From Candidatus Latescibacterota bacterium (GTDB taxonomy: Bacteria; Latescibacterota; UBA2968; UBA8231): a stretch of DNA of 64,000 nucleotides. A program made the position numbers and the translations under genes. This document shows, in pieces, positions 10,040 through 20,815 of this stretch. The stretch covers positions 1,376,001 to 1,440,000 of the forward strand of contig OZ253462.1 in the NCBI GenBank assembly GCA_965261395.1, given 5' to 3'. The notes under the pieces were generated by a model. That model ran no database searches. It saw only the letters and a program-made list of their open reading frames with translations, and was not told the DNA's origin. Numbering within the stretch: the first letter of the stretch is position 1; each line of letters begins with the position of its first letter.

Positions 10040-11154
10040 GACGAACAGGTCGGCGAGGTCTGCCGTAGTGCGGTTGACTTGGAGGCCCGGATGGGGTGGC
10101 CCGTTGACTTGGAGTGCGCTTTTAAAGATGGGAAGCTGTACTTACTCCAATGCCGCCCGGTGACGACTCTTGCGGAACGCGAGGGAGATTGGTCGGTGGA
10201 ATGGGACGATCCCAAAGATGCTGAATTGACCTGGCGCAAGGGCAGTCTGGAAGCGCCGCTCGATCAGTCGTTTGAATGGTATTGGATGCAGAGTTGGGCG
10301 AAAGCGCGGCGGGAGACGGGTAGCGGTACGTTACCTATACGGGTCTATGTGAACGGCTACGCATACAGGGCGTGGAAGATCCGCACGTGCAATTGAGCCG
10401 ACTAGCAGCCGAGCGCGAGCAATTCACCGCGCAGGTGCGTTCGCTGCTGAAAAAGCAGGAACGCGAGGTTTTCGAGGAACTTTTGCAGGTGGCTCTGGCC
10501 AATTATCCGCTAACTGAGGATCACAACTACTGGGTCGATGGTATCGCAACGCATTACATATTTCCGCTCTTCGATGAACTGGGCCGCCGAATGATCAAGG
10601 GCGGCATCCTCAACAAGAAGCGGAGTGAGATCAAATACTTGGAACTGAACGAAATCATCCTCTGGGGATTCGGCGTGCGGCAGCCATTGCGCGCGCGGGT
10701 CGTCGAACGCCAACGGGAATTTAATCGACGGTTGAAACTATCGCCGCCGGAATTCCTCGGTGCTTGCGATAGGCCGCCGACTGAAGAGGAGGATTACCTG
10801 TATTGGGGCCCCTCGACTCCATTCGAGGCACCAAAGGGAGAGGTGCGCGGAGTAGGGGCTTCGCCGGGGATTGTCAGGGGGCGTGCGCGCGTGGCCGTGC
10901 ATCTGGACAAGGCATTGGAACTACAGCCGGGAGAGATATTGGTCTGTAGTACAACCAATCCCCAGTGGACGCCGCTTTTTGCCGTCGGAGCGGGATTAGT
11001 GAGCGATAGGGGTGGAGCGTTGTGCCATGGGGCGGTCGTCGCCCGGGAGTACGGATTACCGGCGGTAGTGGGAACCCTGATCGGGACCAAGAAGATCAAG
11101 ACCGGTCAGTTGATAGAAGTCGATGGTCAAAGCGGGGTGATAACGCTGTTATGA
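10037..11154 (+). pseudogene. PEP-utilising enzyme (PPDK_N + mobile His domain; rifampin phosphotransferase-like architecture), 5'-truncated, internally deleted/frameshifted
   Basis: TDEQV...PVDLECA...LYLLQCRPVT in one frame; GASPG, TNPQWTPLF, HGAVVAREYGLPAVVG in another; frame change near 10385. Confidence 0.75.
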
Positions 11155-11252
11155 TGTAAGACATCGCTTTGCGCTATGGCAGCATCGACGATTATCGTAG
11201 GAGATATTGTATTTGCGTGCCGTACTTGACTGCATTGTGAAATGGAGAACGC

Positions 11253-13474
11253 TTGATACACTGTATCGCATTTAACAAGTGCCGCAGAATTTGTGCATAT
11301 GGCACCGCTTTTTTGTTATCGCTAAGCTTGGGATGTGCTACTGAGCCTGAGCACACAGCTCGCACCGAATCGCCAGAACCTCAATCCGTCTCGAATGCGG
11401 CCATAGCCGTGTATTTCGAGGATGTAGGTCAGACCTTGGGTCTGGACTTTGAGAATGTGTCGGGTGGTCCCGAGCAGGGCTACATACTGGAGACTATATC
11501 GGCGGGTGTGGCTTTTTTCGATAGCGATGAGGACGGTTATCTGGACATTTTTTTTGCCAATGGCATGCGCTTGGAAGGCGAGACGGTCGGCAACCACAGC
11601 CGGCTCTATCGCAGCACTGAGGCGGCAACAGGCGAACGCGTCTTCAAGGATGTAAGTCAGCAGGCCGGTGTCGATTACAGCGGCTGGGGTATGGGCTGTG
11701 CGGTGGGCGACTACGACAACGACGGGGACGCCGATATCTATGTAGCCAATGACTCGGAAGTCAATGTCCTCTATCGGAACGACGGGAACTGGAACTTGGT
11801 CGATACCGCCATCCCGATGGGGGTAGGCTTTAGCGAAGGAGGGCGGGCTCAAGCCGGCATGGGCATCCACGGCGGCGACTACGACAACGACGGCGATCCA
11901 GATTTGTTGGTGGCTAATCTAAACGATCGGCCGGCGTTGTTGCGCAACGATGGAGGTAATGCTCATAACTGGCTGGGCTTGAAACTGGTGGGCGTGCAGA
12001 GCAACAAGGATGCCATCGGCGCGCGCGTGCGGGTGTGGGCAGGAGACCTAGTGCAAACAAAGGAAGTGCAGCGCGGGTACGGTTTTCACAGTCAACACGA
12101 TGAGCGCCTGTTGTTTGGTCTGGGCCGGGCGACGAGTGTGGACCAGGTAGAGATTCGCTGGTCTTCAGGCCTAAAACAGGTAATCCGCAATCCTCTGCTG
12201 CGTCGCTATCTGATCGTACACGAAGGCAGCGACCAGATAGCGGCCGGGACTGAAGTGCCGGCTGTGGCGCCGGCTGTGAGAGCATCGGCTTCTCAAGTCA
12301 GAGAATCCGATGTCGTACCGCAGGTCACAGGGGCACCGGATTGGGGGCCGGCAGATTATCGCCGCTCCAGCGAGGTTCTCTTCAAACAGGGCCGCTATCT
12401 CGAGGCGCAAGCTATGTTGCAAAAAGCCTTGGAACAGGACCCGGAGTATATCCCGGCCATACATCAACTTGGGCTTGGTGCTCTTTTCCGGCTTGGGTGA
12501 GTTTGATGCGGCGCGCAAGGTGCTGGAACAAGCCGTGCAGATAAAACCAACGCGGGCTGATGCCCACCATTTGCTGGGTAAGGTCTATCTGCACCAGCAG
12601 CGGCTGCCCGAGGCAATCAAGGCGCTCGGACAGGCGACCCTGCTAAAACCACAAGATTGGGAACATGCTCACTGGTTGGGGCTAGCCTACCTGCGAGCTG
12701 ATAGTCTAGTGGCCGCTGCTGGTGCCTTTAGAGATGCGGCCCGGCGCGGTTTGGGATCCCAAACCGCACTTGCATCTGGCCCAGTTGTACGCAAGCAAGG
12801 GACAGCATGAACAGGCTGTCAAAGAGCAGGCGCTGTTTGAGCGTTTAAGTCTAGTCCAGAATCGGGTGGAACTCTATGAGAAAAAGGTCGCCGATTATCC
12901 AAAGAATGCCCGGGCCCATTACCTATTGGGATTGACCTACGTCGAACAGGGGCGCTTGGCGCTGGGATTGCAGTTCTTTGAACGCGCCCTTGCACTAGAT
13001 CCTTCCTATGCCCCGGCCTTTCACGGTAAGGGGCGGGTATTGTACCAGCGCAACCAAATAGCGCAGGCCATCCGCGCCTACGAACGGGCTTGCCAACTAG
13101 ATACGCAGCTCTATGATGCCTTCAACGATCTGGGCCAAGCCTATCACCAGAGCGGTCGCTATGATCGGGCTGTGACCGCATACCGGCGGTCCTTGGAGAT
13201 TAAACCGGATCTGGCGTTGGTCCACAGCAATCTGGGCATGGCCTATGCCATGCAGGGAAATTTCAACGCTGCCACTACATCATTTAAGCGCAGTATTGAG
13301 CTCGACCCCGAGGCAGCGGATACAAGAGATGCGCTGGCGCAAGTCTATGCGGCCCAGAAAAATTGGTCGCAAGCGATAGCCCAGTGGGAAGCCGTATTGC
13401 GCTTGGCACCTGATCACGCTGGCGCGGCTCAAGGGATCCACCAGGCGCGTCAGCGGCTGGCAGGGCAACGCTAG
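11253..13474 (+). pseudogene. CRTAC1/ASPIC-UnbV FG-GAP protein with C-terminal TPR repeats, frameshifted
   Basis: GDYDNDGD repeats, NWLGLKLVG...DAIGARV...LFGLG; TPRs spread over ORFs 11253-12500, 12310-12810, 12722-13474 with shifts near 12459 and 12750. Confidence 0.8.
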
Positions 13475-13595
13475 GGCGAAGACTACACTTGGGGGAACCG
13501 CTCCACAATGCATCGGCTGTAGCACGTGCATTCGGATGGTGGGCTTCTGTGGGTGTTTGCAGCGGGGCTGTTCGCCGTGGCAGTCCGATTTCAAA

Positions 13596-14012
13596 CTATT
13601 CTTTTCGCAGCTCTTCCGTTGCTAGCGGTATTTTTTCAATCCCCACGCGCTTGGCCACCTCAAACAGATCCAGTAGGTACTTATGCGGGGTCTCCTGATC
13701 GGTCCGCACTACCAGCGTTAGACTCCGAGTACCTTCTTTTTCCCGCAAAAGGACCTGTTCCAAATTGTCCAAAGTCACAAGATGGCGGTTGATCTCCATG
13801 CGGCCGTCTTGGGTGATCGATGCCACTAGTTTCTTCTCTTCGACAATCACCCCCTGTTGCGCTTCGGGTAATACGACTTGCAGGCTGTAGGGTTGCTTAA
13901 ACACCGTGGTTACCATAAAGAAAATCAGCAGCAAAAAGACGCAGTCGATCAGCGGCGTCATATTCAATTCTTGCTCTTCGTACAGGGATTTGCGTCTAGG
14001 CATCGGATTCAT
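13596..14012 (-). CDS. exbD: biopolymer transporter ExbD/TolR
   Basis: MTPLIDCVFLLLIFFMVT transmembrane Asp motif. Confidence 0.9.
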   Translation of the reverse strand: MNPMPRRKSLYEEQELNMTPLIDCVFLLLIFFMVTTVFKQPYSLQVVLPEAQQGVIVEEKKLVASITQDGRMEINRHLVTLDNLEQVLLREKEGTRSLTLVVRTDQETPHKYLLDLFEVAKRVGIEKIPLATEELRKE

Positions 14013-14425
14013 TCCTCCCGTTCCCGCACAAAAGCGATGCCCTCAACCCCGACCTCTTTGGCTCTATCCACCACAAACACTACGTGTTTCTGGGCACACT
14101 CGCCGTCGGCCTGAATAATGAGATTCTCGTTGTTGGCCTCTTCCATGGCCGTGACCAGCCGAGCCGCCAAGGCCGCCGGTGCCACGTCCTCGCCCTTGAT
14201 TTGGATCTTGCCATCGCGGTCCAGCAAGACGTTGATATCTTTCTTCTTTTCTTCCGTGGCTTCGCTTTCGGCCGGCATGTCCACTTCCAGCCCTTTGGTG
14301 TGTAGAAACACCGTGGTTACCATAAAGAAGATCAGCAGCAAGAAAACGCAGTCAATCAGCGGCGTCATATCCGGACCGCCTTCTGCGACAAAACTCTCAG
14401 ACCGATGTTTTCGGTGTCTGGCCAT
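14009..14425 (-). CDS. exbD: biopolymer transporter ExbD/TolR
   Basis: MTPLIDCVFLLLIFFMVT, LIIQAD; ATGA overlap with next gene. Confidence 0.9.
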   Translation of the reverse strand: MARHRKHRSESFVAEGGPDMTPLIDCVFLLLIFFMVTTVFLHTKGLEVDMPAESEATEEKKKDINVLLDRDGKIQIKGEDVAPAALAARLVTAMEEANNENLIIQADGECAQKHVVFVVDRAKEVGVEGIAFVREREE

Positions 14426-14449
14426 GGGTTAACTCCTCCTAAGCAGGAG

Positions 14450-15196
14450 CTACTCTGTCGCGCCGGATTGTTGGCGCTGTCCCGTAGAAATAAGAGCATT
14501 GGCAAAGGCATGCCCGTACATCTCGGCATCTTCCAGTAGATTGTCCGCTTTGCGTGCCAGATAGCGGTACAATACAATCGTTGGAATGGCGACGATCAGT
14601 CCCGATGCTGTAGTGACCAAGGCTTGGGAAATACCGCCGGCAACGACTTTCGGGTCCCCTGCACCCGCTGTGGCGATGGATTCAAAGGCGATGATCATTC
14701 CCATAATGGTGCCGAGCAATCCCAACAAAGGGCTTATATTGCCAATGGTATTCAGGATCGCCAGATTTTTGCCCAAATAGGCCCGGGCGGCTCCCTCCGT
14801 CTGAATGACTAGCTCTTCTTTGAGATCGGCCAGTTCCCGTTGCATCACCATAAACCGGCCCACCGGCCCACCGCCGCCGGCGTCCGCTAGGCGGATGATC
14901 TCCTCGTTCGTCTCCTTGAATTCCCGCTGTTCGATCATCAGCGTATCGTATCGTTTCAACAGCGAAGCAAATACATAATTGAGCAGGCCCTTGCCTTGGT
15001 TGCACTCTTCCACGACGGCCTGTTCCCCGCCGTTGCGCAGCGCGTTTTCGAGCCGGTCTAGCTCATTTTGGGCTTCTTCAGGCGTGGGCAATTGCTTGAA
15101 GATCCACAGGCGTTCAATAGAATAGGCAATGGCCAGAATAGCACAGCCGATTAGGGGAACCATCATCGGACCGCCACTTTGAATTATATCCCACAT
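14450..15196 (-). CDS. exbB: MotA/TolQ/ExbB proton channel protein
   Basis: GGPMM, SPLLGLLGTIMGMI, AGGISQALVTTASGL. Confidence 0.92.
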   Translation of the reverse strand: MWDIIQSGGPMMVPLIGCAILAIAYSIERLWIFKQLPTPEEAQNELDRLENALRNGGEQAVVEECNQGKGLLNYVFASLLKRYDTLMIEQREFKETNEEIIRLADAGGGGPVGRFMVMQRELADLKEELVIQTEGAARAYLGKNLAILNTIGNISPLLGLLGTIMGMIIAFESIATAGAGDPKVVAGGISQALVTTASGLIVAIPTIVLYRYLARKADNLLEDAEMYGHAFANALISTGQRQQSGATE

Positions 15197-15228
15197 TGCT
15201 ACGGCTCCTTTTTGGCAAGAGAAGAGTT

Positions 15229-16170
15229 CTAGTCGTCTTCTTTGGCGTTTCTATTTCTAGATAAACGCTGTCCTATGCGCAAACCGGTATCGATGACACC
15301 GAATTTCTCAACGACCTCGGCCTTGCACAAGTGCGGCCCGATAATCTGATGCACTCTGACTAGCGCGATTCGGATCTCTTTATTATACAGCGGCAGGACA
15401 TCGCCGTACTCGACGCGATCCAAGATGCCGATGCCTAGATACACCTCGTCGTCCTCCACAGCTAGGACCTGGGCCTGCTCGCTGGAAAGGTCGATGGGGG
15501 GGCGCTCTATCAGACTCGTAATCATTTGGCTGCTGAGGTCTCTGAAGGTGACATCGACGAGCTCGCCAAAGGCCAACTCAAAAAAACGCTCGGAACCGAA
15601 GTCAACCTTGAAGAGTTCGCGGAATACCCGATCCTGTTCGCGCGGCCGCCCGAATAGATTCAGGCCGTACGACTTTTCCGTGGAGTCTCTGAGCGTTTCA
15701 AAGGTCTCGACTATTTCTCCGGTCGCTACTCTGATTAGCTCCACTTGGCTGAGGTGGATCACTGAATTGTAGGATTTATAGCCGGCCAAATTAGGATTTC
15801 CCACTGTCACGCGACGCATGCCCAGTTGCTCCACGACACCGGTAATGACCACGTCAGCATCCAAGAACTGCCCCAGCCGCACAGCCCGGTCAATGCCGTG
15901 GTATTTTTTAAACTGTTTGTTTAGTTGAACGGCCTCGACTTCCTGTGTAGGAATGACAGAGACCGCATCGTCTGCGTCCAGATATTGGCCTAGCAAATCA
16001 GGCACCTCCCTCGACAAGTGCCATTCCGCCTGAAAACCGGCTCGGTCCTCAAAATCGAGCAGGGCGAGGCGCAGGGTCGGCAGCGGTCCCTCGGCAGCGA
16101 CCGCCACGTCGAGCACTAGGAGGTCAGCACCTGCCCAAGTGCAAAAGAATAAAATGATTAGCGAACGCAA
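15229..16170 (-). CDS. secreted CsgG/FlgT-like protein
   Basis: Signal peptide; LALLDF...AVRLG..LDADVVITG alpha/beta pattern; C-terminal VLAVEDDEVYLGIG...GD beta domain resembling FlgT_C. Confidence 0.55.
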   Translation of the reverse strand: MRSLIILFFCTWAGADLLVLDVAVAAEGPLPTLRLALLDFEDRAGFQAEWHLSREVPDLLGQYLDADDAVSVIPTQEVEAVQLNKQFKKYHGIDRAVRLGQFLDADVVITGVVEQLGMRRVTVGNPNLAGYKSYNSVIHLSQVELIRVATGEIVETFETLRDSTEKSYGLNLFGRPREQDRVFRELFKVDFGSERFFELAFGELVDVTFRDLSSQMITSLIERPPIDLSSEQAQVLAVEDDEVYLGIGILDRVEYGDVLPLYNKEIRIALVRVHQIIGPHLCKAEVVEKFGVIDTGLRIGQRLSRNRNAKEDD

Positions 16171-16178
16171 TGGGCCAA

Positions 16179-16937
16179 CTACCTGTCCGCTGCCTCAGCT
16201 TGCCGCACTTTTTCGGTTGCGATCTTTTGATCGAACTCGAGGGCGATATCCACGGTTTCCAGCGGCTGTCCGGAGGCGTCGAATTTCAGGACAAAATCTT
16301 TGAGTACCAGGCGTACCTGGCGCACTTCCTCGTTCAGTGGATCGAAGGCGATGAGCCCCGAATATTTCTCTCCTTTGAACACCTTTTGGTTTTCTATATA
16401 GGCCGTGCTACGCGCATTGCCCATGCGCAGGTCAAAGCGATAAAATTCGTTGCCGCTCTGACCCCGAATGGCCCGGTAGTAGCGCTCAAAACTTTTGTGC
16501 GGCGAAAAAGACGGCAGACCATAGGAATGCATGACCTCGCCCTGATCGGTGTAGAGCAACGCTTTGATCGGATCGAGCAGGACTTTGGCGTAGATATCGT
16601 TGATAATCGTAATGCGAAAAACCGTAAAACGCTTGGGTCTGTAGCCCAACAGCGGATCAATCCAATTGCCGTAGGTGTAGGGATTCGTCGAGAACATCCC
16701 TTTGCTCGAATCCTCGGGCAACAGGGCATTCAATTGATCGTCCGTCATAGGGTCCACTTTGACGCGCAATCCCTCTATGGCATACGCGGCCGACCCGTCT
16801 TCACCCACGATATACTGTTCCTCTGTACCTTGGGAAGAACGGGGTATCAGCTCGTTTTTGTACAGAATGGTCGGCGGTATAAAAAAGCTGCAGCCGGACG
16901 CGAATAACATTAGCATAATTCCCAAATGCATGGCCAT
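16179..16937 (-). CDS. hypothetical lipoprotein
   Basis: Lipobox ASGC; in operon context. Confidence 0.7.
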   Translation of the reverse strand: MAMHLGIMLMLFASGCSFFIPPTILYKNELIPRSSQGTEEQYIVGEDGSAAYAIEGLRVKVDPMTDDQLNALLPEDSSKGMFSTNPYTYGNWIDPLLGYRPKRFTVFRITIINDIYAKVLLDPIKALLYTDQGEVMHSYGLPSFSPHKSFERYYRAIRGQSGNEFYRFDLRMGNARSTAYIENQKVFKGEKYSGLIAFDPLNEEVRQVRLVLKDFVLKFDASGQPLETVDIALEFDQKIATEKVRQAEAADR

Positions 16938-16945
16938 TACCTCTC

Positions 16946-18181
16946 TTATTGGCCCCGCTGGCTGAAGAAATCGATCTGCTGCTGGGCAATAGATCCTTCC
17001 TGCGTCAGGGCAAAAATAACGGCGTTAATGCCAAATCTTAGTTGTGGCTCATTGCCGTAATCGCGTGCCCAGGTATGGACATATCCCTTGTCGGAGTACA
17101 TGGCTACGAGGCGATCTCCCAGGAAAACACCTTCTAGGTAATACGATTGCTCGGCGATGACTAAGTGATCAAGGCTGCGCTGTTCGGAAAAGCTGGGAAT
17201 TTCCAGTTCGGAGCCGACCGGCGGGCCGTCAAAATCGTAAAAGGTATGATAGATCGGATGATTGTTGGAAATGGGCCGCAGTTGGCCTTGCGCCCCCAAG
17301 GCACCGCGAAAGATGCGTCGCAAAGACGCCTCCCCCTGACTGAATTCTGTGGTGGGATTGGCATTGTCGACAAATATGAATCCGCCCCGACGCAAATATT
17401 CCCCTAGATTCTCTAGTTCGCGTTCCGTCAGTTCAAAGGCCTCCGTGGCGGTGATGTACACAAAAGGGGTGCGAAACAGTTCTTGGGAATCGATAAATAA
17501 ATGCGCGTCCACTCTAGCCGATATACCCGTCTGTTCGTTGAGGGCGTCGACTAGGTTGGGGATGGCCTTAGCAGCGCTGTCAAAAGTTGGCTTTAGGTCG
17601 TTTGCCCAAGCCGTACCCAGATAGACAAACCCCTTGACTTTGCGGCGGTCGGTCGGGTCCTGGATGATAAGACCCTTGTATTTGCCCGTATCTAGCGCGT
17701 TCAGGTCGATCAGTTCCTCGCGCATGGCAATGCGCTTTTCCGGATCTTTGGTCCCGGTGATCTTGGCGGCGGACAATTCGATGGAGTTAGTCTTCAGGTT
17801 GATTAGCACGTCTGCTTGCAGGGTGTATTCGAACGTTTGGACATTGCCAAAAACACTGGAGCCTTTGAGGCGCGGAGCCGCCGACGTGGACAGACGCGGC
17901 TTGAGTGCCGTGACCTGTTTGGTGAGGGCCCGTGGCCGGAGCCGTTGACGCTTGAGCGCAAAAGTCTTGGTAGCCCTAGGTTTGCGAATGATGAGTCGGG
18001 TCAACGCCGGTTCCGGCGCGGCACGCTCCTCGACACTCAATACCCAATAGACGAAGACCCCGGCGATCAGTCCCGCACCGACGAGTAACCCCCAGACGGT
18101 GTACTTGAGGGTTTCCCGCAGGAGGTGGTTAAAGTTTAGCTGATCACTTGGCGCTTGAAAACGGCCTAGGTCTGAGACCAT
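16946..18181 (-). CDS. DUF4159 domain protein with N-terminal TM helix and basic/Pro-rich linker
   Basis: PFVYIT, LGEYLRRGGFIFVDN, HPIYHTFYDF, GINAVIFALTQ. Confidence 0.8.
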   Translation of the reverse strand: MVSDLGRFQAPSDQLNFNHLLRETLKYTVWGLLVGAGLIAGVFVYWVLSVEERAAPEPALTRLIIRKPRATKTFALKRQRLRPRALTKQVTALKPRLSTSAAPRLKGSSVFGNVQTFEYTLQADVLINLKTNSIELSAAKITGTKDPEKRIAMREELIDLNALDTGKYKGLIIQDPTDRRKVKGFVYLGTAWANDLKPTFDSAAKAIPNLVDALNEQTGISARVDAHLFIDSQELFRTPFVYITATEAFELTERELENLGEYLRRGGFIFVDNANPTTEFSQGEASLRRIFRGALGAQGQLRPISNNHPIYHTFYDFDGPPVGSELEIPSFSEQRSLDHLVIAEQSYYLEGVFLGDRLVAMYSDKGYVHTWARDYGNEPQLRFGINAVIFALTQEGSIAQQQIDFFSQRGQ

Positions 18182-18233
18182 ACTACGCCACTCCTGCTAA
18201 GTTCATGCTCGGAAGGTGTGGTTGGGAGGCATT

Positions 18234-18605
18234 CTAAAAAACCGCCAACGTATCTACTGTCGAGCGCGGTCCGAAAAACAGGCGGGCATCTACTGCCCAC
18301 ACCTGGATCAGATACCAGACTCCCGGGCTCAGATCCAAGTCTGCCTCCTCGTAGGACCTTGCCCCCGCATCTTCCAACGAGCGCGTTTTCACAACTCCAA
18401 TCGGATCGGTGAAGCTAATGACAAAACCGGATACATTAGCTGCTGAGTCCAAATGCCATGAAACCACAATTCTGCCTTCTTCAGCCACGGCCTCCACACT
18501 GGTAGGCTGAGCAAGATAGCCTCGGTGGTACTGCATAGGCAGTTCCGTGTCGTTGCTGCACCCCCAGATCAGCAGACCGAGTAAAAGATAACTTCGCGTT
18601 CCCAT
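18234..18605 (-). CDS. lipoprotein with fibronectin type III-like domain
   Basis: Lipobox IWGC; P..V...VSW...Y..QVWAVD FN3 pattern. Confidence 0.6.
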   Translation of the reverse strand: MGTRSYLLLGLLIWGCSNDTELPMQYHRGYLAQPTSVEAVAEEGRIVVSWHLDSAANVSGFVISFTDPIGVVKTRSLEDAGARSYEEADLDLSPGVWYLIQVWAVDARLFFGPRSTVDTLAVF

Positions 18606-18630
18606 ATCCAGTTTCTCCCTAGACCAGATA

Positions 18631-19197
18631 CTAAAACCGGGCGACCATCAAAACGCCTGGTGTTCTGGTCTGCGGCAATAGCGCGATGCGCATTCTCCGC
18701 TTCGCGGCGGGTGCCGCCCCGTCCAACAGCAGGACATCGAGCAAATTGTAGCCGTAAATACCCACGGCTAAGACGCCGAAGAGGCGGCGACGAATATGGG
18801 AGCCGTCCAGATCGGATTTTAAATTACCGAGCCGTCGCCAGCTTTTTTCCGCCACGTCAAAGGACCCCCCGTTTTGCAGCGAAAGATAGCGTTCTTTTTC
18901 TAGGGCGAACTGATCGGCCTGCGTATTGTAGTCGGCGTGCGAGGTGAGCCACCCGACTATGGTGACGATACCGGTTGCCACCAGTGCCGTGCCCTTGATT
19001 CGCTGCCCGGTAGCCAGTTGTCCCAAACCCGGAAAGGCAACCGAAAGGGCGATGATCCGAGAATGGGATATATCGTTTGAGGCCGCCTTGGGCCGGATAT
19101 CCGTCTCTGCTTGGGCATGAAGGAGCTGGTTGGAGGCCAGCATCAAGGCGCTACCCAGAATGACCAAGTGCCAGCGTTGTCTGAAGCGCATTCCCAT
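18631..19197 (-). CDS. hypothetical exported/membrane protein (DUF5683-like)
   Basis: Signal peptide, SVAFPGLGQL, YGYNLLD. Confidence 0.6.
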   Translation of the reverse strand: MGMRFRQRWHLVILGSALMLASNQLLHAQAETDIRPKAASNDISHSRIIALSVAFPGLGQLATGQRIKGTALVATGIVTIVGWLTSHADYNTQADQFALEKERYLSLQNGGSFDVAEKSWRRLGNLKSDLDGSHIRRRLFGVLAVGIYGYNLLDVLLLDGAAPAAKRRMRIALLPQTRTPGVLMVARF

Positions 19198-19216
19198 TGT
19201 TATACGACCTTCCACT

Positions 19217-19520
19217 TCAGAGCCGGGTGGAGACAATCCAATCCCGGTGGGATTGGGCAAATAGAAAGGCATCCCTAGTGGCGCGTTTATCCTCGAACAA
19301 CTGAATCACTCGGTCGTACGCTTCTACGGCCTGCCGCCATTTTCCCAGCCCCTCCAAGCAGACGCCCATATTGCTCAGCGCGCCGATTTCGCTCTCGGTG
19401 CCGGGATAATTGTCGATCACATCCTGAAAAATCTCCACGGCCTGCTGATAATACTGGGTCTCCTTGGTCGCTTCGGCCGAGTCCATCAGAGCGATGCCTT
19501 GTTCGTAGCGTTCATTTAGG
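19217..19520 (-). pseudogene. tetratricopeptide repeat protein, only C-terminal part retained
   Basis: YQQAVEIFQDVIDNYP, MGVCLEGLGKWRQAVEAY; upstream sequence is antisense of the DUF6785 gene. Confidence 0.7.
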
Positions 19521-20809
19521 AATCCGATCATGTGGGCGGGCTTTGCCATTCCCTTCTTCATCGGCTCTATCCGCGCCTTGCACAACTACTACGACTTTGT
19601 CCCCGATATCGTTCTGGTCACCAGCATCCCGCTTTTCCGCAATACAACCAACCTACAGATCGCCCTGAGCTTCCCCATGGTGGGTTTCGCCTTTCTGGTC
19701 AATCTCGATATCGCTTTTAGTATCTGGTTTTTTAACCTAGTCGGCCGCGTCCAGGAAGGTACCCTTGGTATTCTGGGTGTGGCGAGTACAGAAAATCTCG
19801 ATTTCGCCACCATCCCCATCTTCGCCCACCAGGGCATGGGTGCCATGATCGTGCTGGTGTTCTTTAGCCTGTGGATGGCCCGCCGGCATCTGGTGCGGGT
19901 TTTCCGCAAGGCGTTCATGGGGCTCCCGGATGTCGATGATTCGGACGAGATGCTCTCCTACCGGACCGCTGTTTTCGGCCTTATAGCCACGAGCCTTTTT
20001 ATCGGGGTTTGGCTGGCATTGGCGGGTTTGGCGTGGTGGGTGGTGCCCATCTATTTATTCGCCATGTTCACGCTGTTCGTCGGCATTACCCGGGTTGTGG
20101 CCGAAGGCGGTATTGCCGCCACCCGGGCACCGCTGATCGCCTCGGATTTTGTCACCTCGGGTCTGGGCTCTGCAGTGCTCGGAGGCCAGACCCTCACGGC
20201 GCTAAGTTTCACGTATGTTTGGGCCGCTGATATCCGCACCTTTGTTCTGGCGTCCTGCGCCAATGGCCTCAAATTGGCCGAAGAGTATTTAAGCGGGAGC
20301 AAACGGGCACTTTTTGCCGCCATCATGCTGTCTATCTGCATTAGTCTGGGAGCTTCGATCTGGATCGTACTCTATCTGAGCTATACTTACGGGGGTGTCA
20401 TCTAGAGCCTTGGTTTTTCATCAGCGGCCCCCAAGTGCCCTTCAAATTTGTGGCGCGCGAGTTCCATACGCTAGACGGTCCCGATCTGGTAGGCTGGATC
20501 TCGACCCTAGTCGGCGGTGGGGTCATGGCCTTGCTGCTGATCGCGCGTCAGCACCTGTTCTGGTGGCCCCTGCATCCGCTCGGGTATGTCGTCAGCGCCA
20601 GCACCTACCTGACCAACTACATTTCTTTCAGTGTCTTTTTGGCTTGGCTAATCAAAGCCGTCATTCTCAAGTACGGAGGCCCGACCTATTTTCGGCAGGC
20701 CTGCCCTTTCTTTTTGGGATTGATTCTAGGCCAGTTTTCCGTGGCCGGGGCGTGGCTGGTTATCGACTACTTTACGGGCATGACCGGCAATTCCATCTAC
20801 TGGGTATAG
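19515..20809 (+). pseudogene. DUF6785/DUF6784 multi-pass membrane protein (OPT-like putative transporter), 5'-truncated and frameshifted
   Basis: Begins mid-protein FRNPIMWAGFAIPF; RVVAEGG, YGG, WWPLHPLG, KYGG...PFFLGLILG; one base missing near 20400 (GGV[N]LEPWFF). Confidence 0.75.
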
Positions 20810-20815
20810 ACTCCC

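Noticed and set aside
13503-13560. CIGCSTC ferredoxin-like motif on the + strand
   Set aside because: No start codon or downstream CP motif; likely chance
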